The translations under genes and the position numbers were made by a program. The notes beneath the pieces were generated by a model that was given only the letters and a program-made list of their open reading frames with translations, searched no databases and was not told the origin of the DNA. Shown here one piece after another: positions 20,118 to 31,200 of a stretch of DNA of 64,000 nt; the stretch's first letter is position 1, and each line of letters opens with the position of its first letter. This DNA comes from an uncultured Clostridia bacterium (GTDB lineage: Bacteria > Bacillota > Clostridia > Christensenellales > UBA1242). The stretch is taken from assembly GCA_944381205.1 (NCBI GenBank), contig CALWKG010000003.1, positions 27,573-91,572 of the forward strand, written 5' to 3'.

Positions 20118-20523
20118 TAGATTAGCGTGTATTTTAATAAAGACTTAAAAAATAAAGTGGGTAATTTTTATCTTACCTCTTTTTTAATAATGTGTTTTTA
20201 ATTTTATATCATAGGCTTAACTTTATGAATTAAAACTAATTTTTTAGGTTTAAACTCTTTTAATTTACACGGTTAAATTTTGAGATAAAACTACAAATTT
20301 TTAAACTTAGTGTATGCTAAATACAATTTTAAACTGATACCCTTAGATTTTTCTAGGGGTATTTTATATTTAACTTAAAATATTAAGTTTGGTTTGCTCT
20401 ATTTACATATTAGGTTGCGATATTTTTATATTTAGTTTAGCGGAGATTTTTTATTTACAATAATTTTAGGGTATTGCGTATATTTTAATAACAAAAATCA
20501 ACATATTTAGACATAATAATACA

Positions 20524-20565
20524 ACTTGTTCTCATATCTTTATATTGGGAGAGCAAGTTTTTTTT
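20524..20565 (+). terminator. strong terminator-like hairpin with no upstream ORF
   Basis: 'acttgttctc' (20524-20533) pairs with 'gagagcaagt' (20549-20558) over 10 bp (one G-U pair), followed by T7-8. It lies 46 nt upstream of the spoIIID start. Confidence 0.55.
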
Positions 20566-20611
20566 GTATTAGTAAAATAAAAAATTTAAACTATTGTTTA
20601 TGGGGGTGTAA

Positions 20612-20872
20612 ATGGATATTGAAGAAAGAGTAATAAGGGAAGCAGTTTTTATTTTACAAAAAAACGGAACGGTAAGGAGTGTTGCGAAGGCTTTTAAAGT
20701 GTCAAAAAGTACCGTGCATTTTGATTTGAGCAAAAGATTAAAAAAGTTAGATTTGAGTTTGTTTTTTAGTGTAGAAAAATTGCTTAAACTTAATCTTAGC
20801 CAAAGACATATCCGGGGCGGAGAAGCCACAAAATTAAAATACATAAACAAAAAAACGGTAAGAAAACAATAA
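20612..20872 (+). CDS. spoIIID: sporulation transcriptional regulator SpoIIID
   Basis: 86 aa. HTH 'VRSVAKAFKVSKSTVHFDLSKRL' and C-terminal basic region 'RHIRGGEATKLKYINKK' closely follow the SpoIIID pattern. RBS 'gggggtg'. Confidence 0.85.
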   Translation: MDIEERVIREAVFILQKNGTVRSVAKAFKVSKSTVHFDLSKRLKKLDLSLFFSVEKLLKLNLSQRHIRGGEATKLKYINKKTVRKQ

Positions 20873-21540
20873 AAAAATAACAAAAAAATGATAAAAAGAT
20901 ATTAAAAAAATAGTAAAAAAGAAGTAAAATAAGCGATAAAGTAGGAATAAAAAAGTGATAAAATAAGCGATAAAAACACGATATAAAAGTGATATAAAAA
21001 ATAAAAAAAGCAGTCAAAAGAATAATAAACTAGGGGTGAAAAATACTAATTTTTTAAGCAAAAAACATACGAATTTTTAAGCAAAAATCAACATAAGATT
21101 TGTCTAGGAATTAATTAAATTTAGGTAAGAATTATATCAAATTTTACATAGAAATCGATTGAGTTTTAAGTAAAAATATACTTAATTTTAATAGGGAAAT
21201 ATTAAAGTTTTTAAGCGAGATTATAATAAATTTTAAACAAAAAAATACTAAATTTTATGTAAAAATTATATTAAAATTTATGTAAAAATTAATAAAATTT
21301 TTGGGGAAAACACTAAAAAATTGAGTAAAAAATACTGAAATATAGGTAAAAAAATTATAAAAATTAAGTGAAAAATTGCAAAAATTATTAAAAATTTTAA
21401 TAAAAATCTACAAAAATATCGATAAAAATAAATAAAAAATTAGTAAAAAATAGCAATATTTTGATAATAAATTTGTTAAAATTTTATAAAAATTTAAATA
21501 ATTTTAGATAAAAAAGCACTAATTTTTTGACAAAAAAATC
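20871..21540 (+). repeat. helically phased A-tract array (degenerate ~11-bp periodic A-rich satellite), predicted intrinsically curved DNA
   Basis: A4-7 tracts start at 20871, 882, 893, 904, 915, 926, 938, 949, 960, 972, 985 and 996. They resume at 21261, 273, 284, 294, 307, 315, 327, 338, 348, 359, 371, 380, 390, 402, 412, 424, 434 and 445, then at 21478, 488, 510 and 532. Spacings are 8-13 bp or multiples of ~11, with a mean of about 10.8-11.4. Confidence 0.75.
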
Positions 21541-21607
21541 AATGGATTATTAATAAAATAATTACTAAAAATTGAAAAAAATGGGTAAGACAATTAAAGT
21601 AAAAAAT

Positions 21608-21772
21608 GGCAAATATAATCGATTTAAAATAATAAAAAAATTTATAAAGTAGACAACTTTAAATAATCATAAGGGCTGTAAAGTAGACAAAATCAAATAA
21701 AAAAAACTATAAAGTGGACTATTTTAAATAAGCAAAATAGGCAAATATATTAGGTTTTAAATAATAAAAAAA
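21608..21772 (+). repeat. iteron-like triple direct repeat TAAAGTRGACWA flanked by a ~33-bp direct repeat
   Basis: 'taaagtagacaa' at 21645-21656 and 21679-21690, and 'taaagtggacta' at 21710-21721 (spacings 34 and 31 bp). The set is bracketed by 'ggcaaatata..ttt(t)aaa(a)taataaaaaaa' at 21608-21640 and 21740-21772. Confidence 0.55.
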
Positions 21773-21922
21773 GGCGGGAATAATTAAAACAAAAAAACGC
21801 AACAAATTTATAAAAACCAGATAAAATGTGAACGTAGAATTAAGAAAAAGGCTTTGCAAGATGGGGTTTAGAAATTTTAAATAAAAGGAGCAAAAATTTT
21901 TATAATCTAACTTAATAAAAAT

Positions 21923-21942
21923 TGTGGATAAAATGTGGATAA
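21923..21942 (-). promoter_or_regulatory. two perfect tandem DnaA boxes (TTATCCACA on the minus strand)
   Basis: 'tgtggataa' at 21923-21931 and again at 21934-21942, 11 bp start to start. This is the reverse complement of the consensus DnaA box TTATCCACA. The pair lies ~165-185 bp upstream of the -35 of the giant-gene promoter. Confidence 0.6.
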
Positions 21943-22106
21943 ATTATTCAAAACTATAAATGTATAATTTCCGCTAAAATAAAGAAGATTAGCCTTTTAT
22001 AATTTCGTTAAATTTTTTTAGAAATTAATTGCAAAACGAGAAAAAAAAATTATAAAAAGGCAAGTAAAAAAAATAAAAAAAACATCTATTTTTTATGCGT
22101 AATCGT

Positions 22107-22136
22107 TTGACAAAAAATGATAATATAAAATATAAT
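22107..22136 (+). promoter_or_regulatory. sigma-A type promoter candidate for giant gene 1
   Basis: TTGACA (22107-22112), an 18-bp spacer, then TATAAT (22131-22136). This predicts a 5' UTR of roughly 60 nt before ATG 22203. Confidence 0.5.
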
Positions 22137-22202
22137 TAACTAAACTTATTGCTTGACTTGATAAAACTAACTGAAAACTCACATAATAAAAGTAGGTGTT
22201 TT

Positions 22203-22268
22203 ATGAAAAAGGTATTTGTGTTTTTATCAATTTTCTTACTCTCATTTTCAGGGGTGTTATTTGCGTGT
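22203..22268 (+). other. lipoprotein signal peptide (SPase II type) of giant gene 1
   Basis: KK n-region, a hydrophobic core, and the lipobox L-F-A-C with Cys at residue 22. Confidence 0.75.
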
Positions 22269-25200
22269 AACGAAGACAAGTACGCCGATTTAAGAGTTGT
22301 ACTAGGTTCTGTTACAAACGCAGACTCGGGCGGGACGTTATCTCCTAACGAAGATGGGGTGTACGAAATTTACTATGGGGACACCGTTAGAATTAATGCG
22401 GAAGTGTCGTCTTCTAGCGATGTAAGTAGGGTGCTGGACTTTATAAGTCATAGTTCGGACAACTTCCCAGAAATTTCTAGTAGTAGGACGCAGACGTCTG
22501 CTGAGTTTAAAGCAGAGATGCCTTCAAAGGGTGAAATTTTTAGGGTGACTGTAAAATCGAGAGAAACAAATCGGGGTTCGCTAGATTTAAGGTTTAAAGT
22601 GCTTTTGCCAACGGACGAGATTTCATTGTCTGATAATTTGGGCTTGGTAAGCGGTATAGAGTTAGACCTAAATGACAACGTCGATTTTGTGAGCGATTTA
22701 ACAAGTGCCTACGAACCTGACGAAAAAGGTGTGAGTTTTGCAATATCTTCGTACATTGATGAAAATGGCGATGACTTTAAGGTTGAATTAAAAGAAAATG
22801 GGGTATATTACATAGAGGGAAGTAGTACTCCATCTTTTGCTTTAAATGACGGGGTTATAGAAATTGTGGACAACACTCTTGATGGACAAGTTGTGGTGGA
22901 AGCGGTTTCTGAAAAATACGACGTCAATTTAGAGTCTAATTTGGAAGATATGGATTTAACCGATGAAGAAAAACAAGCCTTAATTGCGGAAAACAACAGA
23001 CTAAAAGATTTGACAAACATAGACATTGTTCAAAAAATAACCTTAGACGACATTACTTTTAGCGGGGCGCAAATAGGGTTTATGAACTATAAATCAAGCG
23101 ACAAACAGGTAAAGTTATCTGCTGACTTGTACAACAACGTGTCTAGCAAGTACGTTTATAATGGCAGTGAATATTCCTATCAATTTGAAAGGGTAAACGT
23201 GTTAGTCGCTAGCCAAGAAGATTTTGAAATAGTTTACGAAATTGGCGATATGATTATTGGTGATGAGATTTATCAAAGTCAAAGCGGGGTAATTAATGTT
23301 TCAAACGTAAGTGGAACAGAAAACAATAAGGTCTTTGAATTTTTAAGTGGCGAAGCAGGTACTGCGTATGTTGACTTTGTTATACAATACAACTTTGACA
23401 ACGTGATAGAATTTAGTTTTTCGGATTTATACCTAGAATACCTAAATTCGCTAGAAAGCAGTGTTTATGAACAATTAAACGAATACGAAAAGTACACAAA
23501 ATTGGTCTTTAATGTGAGTAGGTTGCCAGAGTCAATTACTGTGACACAGGACGACGAAATTGTTTTAAGAGATGGCAAGTATGTAGATAAGGTTCAGACA
23601 GATGAAATTGCCATTTTTGATACATACACGGGGACTAAAAATCAAAACGGAAGCATTATAAAATTAAACCTTGGTGGAACGGGAGTTTTGGACGAAAACA
23701 AAACTGTTAGGGTTTATATCAAAGGGCAGACTGCGGAAATAGTTGTGTCCGACTACTTGACGATAGTTGATAGCAACAAAACTACAATACCACTATCTAA
23801 CATTGACGTTGACGACGTGACATATTATTATTTTGACTTAGATGTAACAAACGAAAAAACCAGTATGTTCTATATTAGGGCAAAAAATGTTAACGAAAGC
23901 AATTTGTTCTCACTAGAATTTGAAAATATCATTGGTAGCAAGGTTTATAACAGGGAAGGTGAAGAAGTAACTTCTACCCTTGCTGGCAACAAAGTTGGGA
24001 CACAGGTTGTGACGTCTAAGGGTATTCAAAGTTTAGAGGTAAAGGCTATATCTGGCACAAATGAATTTGTAAACCTAGACGTAGAACACATTGGAAATAA
24101 CGAAGATTACTTAAAGCAGATGGTTTTAAGTAAAGACAAAAAGACAGGGTCTTTGCTGGCATATTTTTATGACGAAGGTGCAGATTGCAACATAACTATA
24201 AGCGGTTATGACAAAAATATTATAGAACTTGTAAAAACTAGCGAAGACGACTCTACCCTAGAAGATTTATTTGGTAAAGCCTATGACGATAGCCTTTTAG
24301 ATATTGGCGGAGTGTTGGTTTTTAGGGGGCTTAAAGCGGGGTCTACTACTATAACCTTTACTGCGGAAAACGGCTACACTACAAGTGTTAATGTTTTGGT
24401 GGTTAACGACGTTTCTGACATTAATTTTACGATAGAAGAACTCACTGCGGATACTGTAAATGCTGACTTGTTGACTAATCCGGACAACTATGTTTCTATG
24501 AAATATGGATATAGTTTTGACATAAAGGTCAATACGATAAGTGCAACGGGGATTATTGGAACTAGTTTTACTAGCACTAACAGCGCGGTTGCAAGTATTG
24601 ACGCGAGAAATGGCAGAGTAACTGCAAATAGAGAAGGCACAACTACTATAACCGTAACGGTGTCCTATTATACTTTTGGCACTATTGTAGGTGCGGGTGA
24701 TTATATCGTTTGGGATAAGGCGGAAAAACAACTAAAATTTGAACTAGAAGTTTACATTCCGCTAGAAGATATCAGGGTTACTCAAAACGCAATTTTGGTT
24801 TATGATGTAAATTCGCTAGCCTATGACAACACAGACAAGGCAAGAATTAACATTGGGGTTGATATTGTCGCAGATGACGCAACTATAAAAAATGACCCTA
24901 ATGCCGTGAGAATTGAAGTTAGGGGAGCGGACTACTTACAAGGTGTAGAATATGACATAAATAACAACACCATTATTGGTACAAACCTTAGCGCAGTTGC
25001 TTCGCTACCAAAAACCGCCAAAAGCGCGACGGTTAAGTTTATAATTTACGTAAACGAGTTTGGAACTGAGATAACAAGGGAATGTTCTATAAACATTGTG
25101 CGTGCTACACAAGTGGATAGCATAGACGTTGCAGTTTCGCAAGAAGATGACAATGTGGTAGTAGATAGGGAGCAGGAAGAATATTCTTTTAGAATTCGCT

Positions 25201-28200
25201 CGGGGGAAACGGTAGATGTTAGGGCTATTGTCGAGCCAGACAATGTGCTTGATAGACGTTTGGTCGCCAGAATAGAAAGCGAAGAAGGCGATGTTATTGA
25301 TATTGCTGGTTTGAGTTTTGGAGATAGTTACAACGTAAGCGAGATAAGATTAAATGCGGGTGAAACGTTTAGTTTGGGAACAAAAGAAGGTTCTAGCGGA
25401 ACGTTTGATTTAATTTTGATTGCAAGCGACAGCTATATTAGAGAAGATAATTATACTACTTATAGAATTATACATATTACCATTGAAGACGGGGTAAAGT
25501 ATGCGTATTCTATTTCTAACAGCCAAGAACTTAAAGATATAGAGTTGGCACCAGAGAAAAATTATATGTTGGTATCTGACATAATTTTATCATCACAGTG
25601 GGAGCCTATCAAAAACTTCACCGGGGTTCTCAATGGAAATAATCACACAATAACTGGGCTTCAAATTAGCAAACTACAATCAAATAAGGTTGGGCTGTTT
25701 GAAGAAATTAACAATTATTACAGTGTTGTGAATGAAGAAACGGGAACAACCGCACTTACAAGGTACGGAACGGTTTATGATTTAAAATTAGTTGTATCTT
25801 CTATAAACATAAATAGTGAAAATAGCGAGCAACTACTTGTTGGCGCGCTGGCAGGAGAAAACAAGGGTATTATAATGAATGTTGCCGTTGAATTTGGCGA
25901 CATAAAGGTAAATGCTTTGGGGGATACAAATGTTGGCGGATTGGTTGGGCTTAATAGTGGTGTCATATACAATTTCAGCATTGACGTTCATAGGGATAAC
26001 GAAGATGACGAAACCATAGCAACAAAGTACTTTGGGGTTGACCCAGCGCTTAGTTTGTTTAACCGCTTTGAAACGGGCAATGTGCCTAGCGATGTTAATG
26101 TAGACGATTGCATTGCAGAAAATTACAGTGTTGGCAATATTACCGTTACAAGCAGTGGGCTAGCATACGTTGGTGGCTTGGTGGGAAGGAACAATCACAG
26201 GATTAACGGTTACTATGGAGTGTACAGCAAACAAAAACAAAGCGACGGAACGATTATTGTGACTTCTTATCAAAGCGAAGGCATAGACGTAAGGGTTGAT
26301 ATAAACGTAAACGGCGGTAGTTTGACAAACAAAAACTCGGCAATAGGTGGAATTTCGGGCTATAACGGCGGGATTATATCTAACGTTGCCGTTGAAGGTA
26401 ATATTGGTAATTATAGTTTCGTAGACGGGGTTCTTTTGGGGACAAAAGACAACGTTGGTGGTATTATTGGGGTTAACAATGGTGGTTACCTTTTGAACGC
26501 GACTACAAGTGTAAAGGTTCGCGGAGAAGAAAATGTTGGTGGCGCGGTAGGGCTATCTTTGGGGAGTTCTTCAAACAAGGGCAAAATCAATAATGTTTAT
26601 GTCGAAAGTTACAGGCAATTTAACCAAGCGGACAACACTTTAATAGTTGGGCAAAACAACGTTGGCGGTATTATTGGTAATGCAAGCAACACGGATATAG
26701 AAGATAGTTATTCCTATGGCTATGCAGATAAGTTTGAAGATATGTATGTCTTGTATGGCGACATATACGTTTATGGGCAAGACGCGTTTGCCGGTGGTAT
26801 AACTGGTAAAAATAGTGCAGTTAGTGCGACTACTGTATTTTCTACTTTTAACATTATTGCGGGTCAATCATCTAATGTAAGGGGGTTATTTGGGTCAGGA
26901 GATGTGTACGTATCTAATGCCTTTTATGTTGGGGTGTTTGACATAATCGAAAGTTTAAGTTCGATTAACGACATTTTGGGTGTGGTACAGATGGCTAGTG
27001 ACAATGTCCCATTCTACTACGTGCTTAAATATGCGCAAGAAGATACCCTTATGCAAGACCTAACAACTCAAAGCGGTTTTGACTGTTTTGTGGCGGTAAA
27101 GTACTTTGACGACGGGGTACAAGAAGATAATCCTAACATTGTATTTGACTGCTTTGTTTTGGGTGACGAAGACGAAGGGTATTCCTTAGTTGAAATTTTA
27201 AAAAGGACAGAACTGCTTCGTGATTTGCCGGTAGAAATTGACGTTACTGGCGCGGGGACTAATGCAACGCAAGAAGAAGACGAATACATACTTGAATTTA
27301 GCACTAACGCAAACAGAAACGTGTTTTATAATTATTCCTATATGGATTTAAACAATAACAAGCAAAATGTGCTTATTATTAACTATTCTGCTGGGCTTTC
27401 TAACTTTGAATTAAGCGAATTGTTTACGGTTGCGACTAAGCCAGAAGGGATAAACAGGGTTAATCTTTTGGTAGAAAAGGTCGAACAGAACAACAACGTA
27501 CTTACTATTTATAGAAACGGGACTGTAACGATTAATTCCCTAGGGGAGATTGATTTAGAGTTTAGTCTTAGGGAAAATAGTTCGGTAAAGTCTAGGGTTC
27601 ACGTAATTGTTATCCCTAACTTTGACAAGTTGTTGTTATCCACTAGTTTTACCTACACTCCATCTCTATTTGACAACACGCAGGACAATCCTTTATACGT
27701 TGTAAAGGACAGGGCTGTAAACTTTAACTATTTGCTTGTAGAAGGTCAAGAAAATAGCGAAATTGGTTATACTAACAACTACACCATTGAATACGACGTT
27801 TTGTTTAGCGATACAGTAAACGGAGAATATTCAACAAGCGAAGAAATCGAAGGTTACTACTCTTTGACAAATGGAGAGATGGTTATCTCGCAAGTGGGGT
27901 ACTATCGGGTGGCTGTATCCTTGGTGTTTAGTGACAACAGCGGGACAAAGTACAGGATAAAAGATTCTTCTTGGGTGTTTTATTTGCAGGCGGGGGTGAG
28001 TGCTTATGATATTTCGACCAATGCCGACCAAATTGTTATCGAAGGGGACTCGTCAGAAGATATTCTTGTAACCCTAATTGCAAGCGAGCAGGAAGAAATT
28101 CCTAATTTAAGTATGAGATTAAAAACACCTACTGGCGCAGAGTTTAACTTAATAAGGACAGTAGTAGATGAGATGACGGGCGAATGTCTGTATGACGACG

Positions 28201-31200
28201 AAGCATCTCCGTTTAACATATCTTTAATTCCACACTCGCAAGAGCAGGGCGGGTTCCACTACGCAGTAAGTATATCATTAAAAGACGAATATAAAGATAC
28301 TTCTGTGGTGGAAACTTACAATCTTATGATTTTTGACGAAGCGGGGGCTTTAATTAACGACTATGCCGATTTGAATATTGTAATTAGCCCAGCGAGTTTA
28401 AATTCTATTAGTTTGGCTCACTATACCTACGAATCTCAAATGGGGAGCAGTTCTGACGGGCAAAATTTGCCAACAGAGTTTTATTCTTATTCACTGCTTC
28501 AAAAGGACAGCATTGTGCCTGTGTACGGCGGTATGCTGACTATTGACCTTGTACCTTTCTATGCCAACATTAAGTCTATTACAATTTCTTCTTCGCTAGG
28601 TACTGCTGGCGATGGGGTGGAATTTGTACAGATGGTTAAGGTAAAGGATTCGTTAGACGCAAACAAGTTCTATTATGTTTATGGACCTACTACAAAAGTC
28701 AATGCAGATGGAAGTCTTTCTCTTAACCTTGTGTCGTCAATTTCTAATGCGGAAGTTATTGTTACAAACGGCAACGGGGTTTTAAATGTAGACGGGGAGA
28801 TTAAGTATGCCTTTGACGAAGAAGCAAACTATCCTAATGTAGGCAGGTTATATGTAAGGACTATCGCGCCTAGTTCGATAAGCGAACTAGATAACTTTGA
28901 CATAACTGTTAAGGTGGAATACAACTGGCTAAACGAAGACGGTGTGTTAACTACTAGGACAGAAACTAGGACAAAGAGATTGGATATTGTTTCCACACCG
29001 GGTATTAGTTTAACGACTAGTAATAATGGAAACGAAAGAGATATCATAGCCTATACCGGTACTAATTTGGAAAATGCAACCCAAGCGGACTATGTGGACG
29101 TATTTGCTAATGTTGAAAAAGACTACGAATACGACGTATCCTTTACGATAATAAGTAACGGGCAAGATATGGGCGAAAGCACGGACTATGCAGTACTGAC
29201 TCCACAAGGGGATAAGTATGTTTTAACTCTTGGGCCTAAGGCTCAGGTGGGGGATAAGATAAGGCTTAGCCTAGACGTAGAAGTCAATTATGGCAACGAA
29301 ACGGTTGTACAGCACTACATTAAGGAAATAGTTGTAGTAGACGCGGTGATTAACAGTGTTATCATTGAAGGAATGGACGAAAATGCCGATGTTAAAATGA
29401 CTAGGGCTTCTGCTAGACCTTTAAGGATTGAAATTGACGGCTACGGCACAAACGAAGCCTTAAATACAATAGCCCAAAATGTTTCAAGGGCGGTGGTATC
29501 TCCACAGGGAACACCTTATTATTGGTTTGGCGAAATTGGCAACACGGGCAATTATGTCAATATAAACTCGTCTGATTTGCAGTCATATTTGCCTTTTATT
29601 GTCAATCAATTACCTATTGATAACGAAAATATTCAGGAATACATTGTAAATAGTTCGATGCTAGGGTTTGTTTCCGGAAACGAGCAATCGTTTACAATGG
29701 CTTATGACACTATCTATCTTGACGGGGCGACAAGTTATGATTCGGTTTCGCTTTGTGTAAGTTTTTCGTACGTATATAACGAAGGTAGAGTTCTTTTAGT
29801 TCCAAACAACATTAACACTAGTTATAAACAAGAGATGTACTTTACCGTATCCATTGTACAGGGCGAAGAAGAAGACTTAACCGAAATTAACGACGAAGAA
29901 GATTTGGATTTGCTAGAAAGCGACGACGGGACGGGCAATTATATTTTAATGAATGACCTTACCCTAGATGTTTATCGTCCAATAGTTGCTAACTGTGCTT
30001 CATTTGACGGAAATAACAAGGTTATTACTATTAATAGTTTTTGGTACGAAGCGGGTAGCCCTGACTTTGCGTCTTCGTTAAATTTGGGGCTATTTAGTAC
30101 TATTAGTGGTGATACTATCATAAAAAATCTTATTGTTGCTTTGCCTAACAACAAGACGTCTAGTATGGGGCTAACAAATTATTCTTCGCTTAACTTTGGG
30201 GTAATAGCGGGGCAAAACAAAGGTATTATTACTAACTGTGATGTCATAACAACATCGGTATCTACAACTCCTAACTACACCTTAAACTTTGATACAACAG
30301 GTGGCAGAAATATCAACATAGGGCTGTTTGTTGGTATTAATGATGGGATAATTACAAATTCCAGAGTTGGTAGAGATGAAGTAGAAGTTTTGCGCTCTGA
30401 GTCGAGCGAGTCGGTTATTGTAAGGCGAGTTTTACTAGACGACGTGGCTTCTCGCACTATTGTAAATGTAACGGGGCCTGCAAACGTAGGTGGCTTTGTG
30501 GCACTTAACTCGGGGACAATATCTTCTAGTTATGCAAAAAATCTTCAAATAGAAGTATTTGACGGCAGAAATCAAAGTTCTACCAATATTAGAACCGCTG
30601 GCTTTGCCGTTACAAATAGCGGGTACATTAACGGGTCATTTGCAAGCGGATATGAAGAAGAAGATTATGCCGGAACACAGGGACTTAGAAACGCAAATAG
30701 AAAACTTGGCGGTGGGTTGTATTCTAATGGCCCAGTAAGCGGATTTGTGTTTAATAACCAAAACTACATTCAGGATTGTTACTCTAACATAAACCTTAGC
30801 GGAAATTACGAAACATCGGCAAAGACAAACGGTATTATTTCAAGGCTTAATGGCGAAAATTTGGAAAGTGTTAGTGCTAGTGGTTTTGTTTATAATATGA
30901 GCGACAATGCCTATGTCTACACGTCATATTCGTTAAGCAAAATAGGGGTAAATCCTAATACTCACAGTGCGTTTGAAGGCACTCTTGATGCTCTTAATGT
31001 AATTGGGGAAACTGTTTCTCAAAGGGGAACTATTGAAAATTGCTATTTCTTGCGTGAGTCAAACGAAAACTTTACCATTGTGGAAGAACGCGCAATGGAG
31101 TTGTCCGACAGTGTTGTAATATCAAGCACTGACGAAGATGTCCAATCGGGAGTAAATCAGTTTACAAATAGGGATAGTTTTAACGGCTTTGCTTTTGACT

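Noticed and set aside
20569-21017. Minus-strand ORFs 20569..20883 and 20796..21017 (Phe/Leu/Ile-rich).
   Set aside because: The first is antisense to the well-supported spoIIID. The second is a poly-T-codon translation of the phased A-tract array (low complexity, no RBS).
20873-22148. The AT-rich region with DnaA boxes and iteron-like repeats considered as a chromosomal or plasmid-type replication origin.
   Set aside because: There are only two DnaA boxes. No dnaA/dnaN, rep or par genes are nearby. All flanking genes run in one direction, with no strand switch. A regulatory or architectural role is more parsimonious. GC-skew analysis of the whole genome would settle it.
22149-22202. The track's TTG start at 22149 for giant gene 1, which adds 'MLDLIKLTENSHNKSRCF'.
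   Set aside because: It would lie 13 nt after the predicted -10 and would place 18 non-signal residues before an otherwise perfect lipoprotein signal peptide. ATG 22203 with 'aggtg' upstream is the better start.
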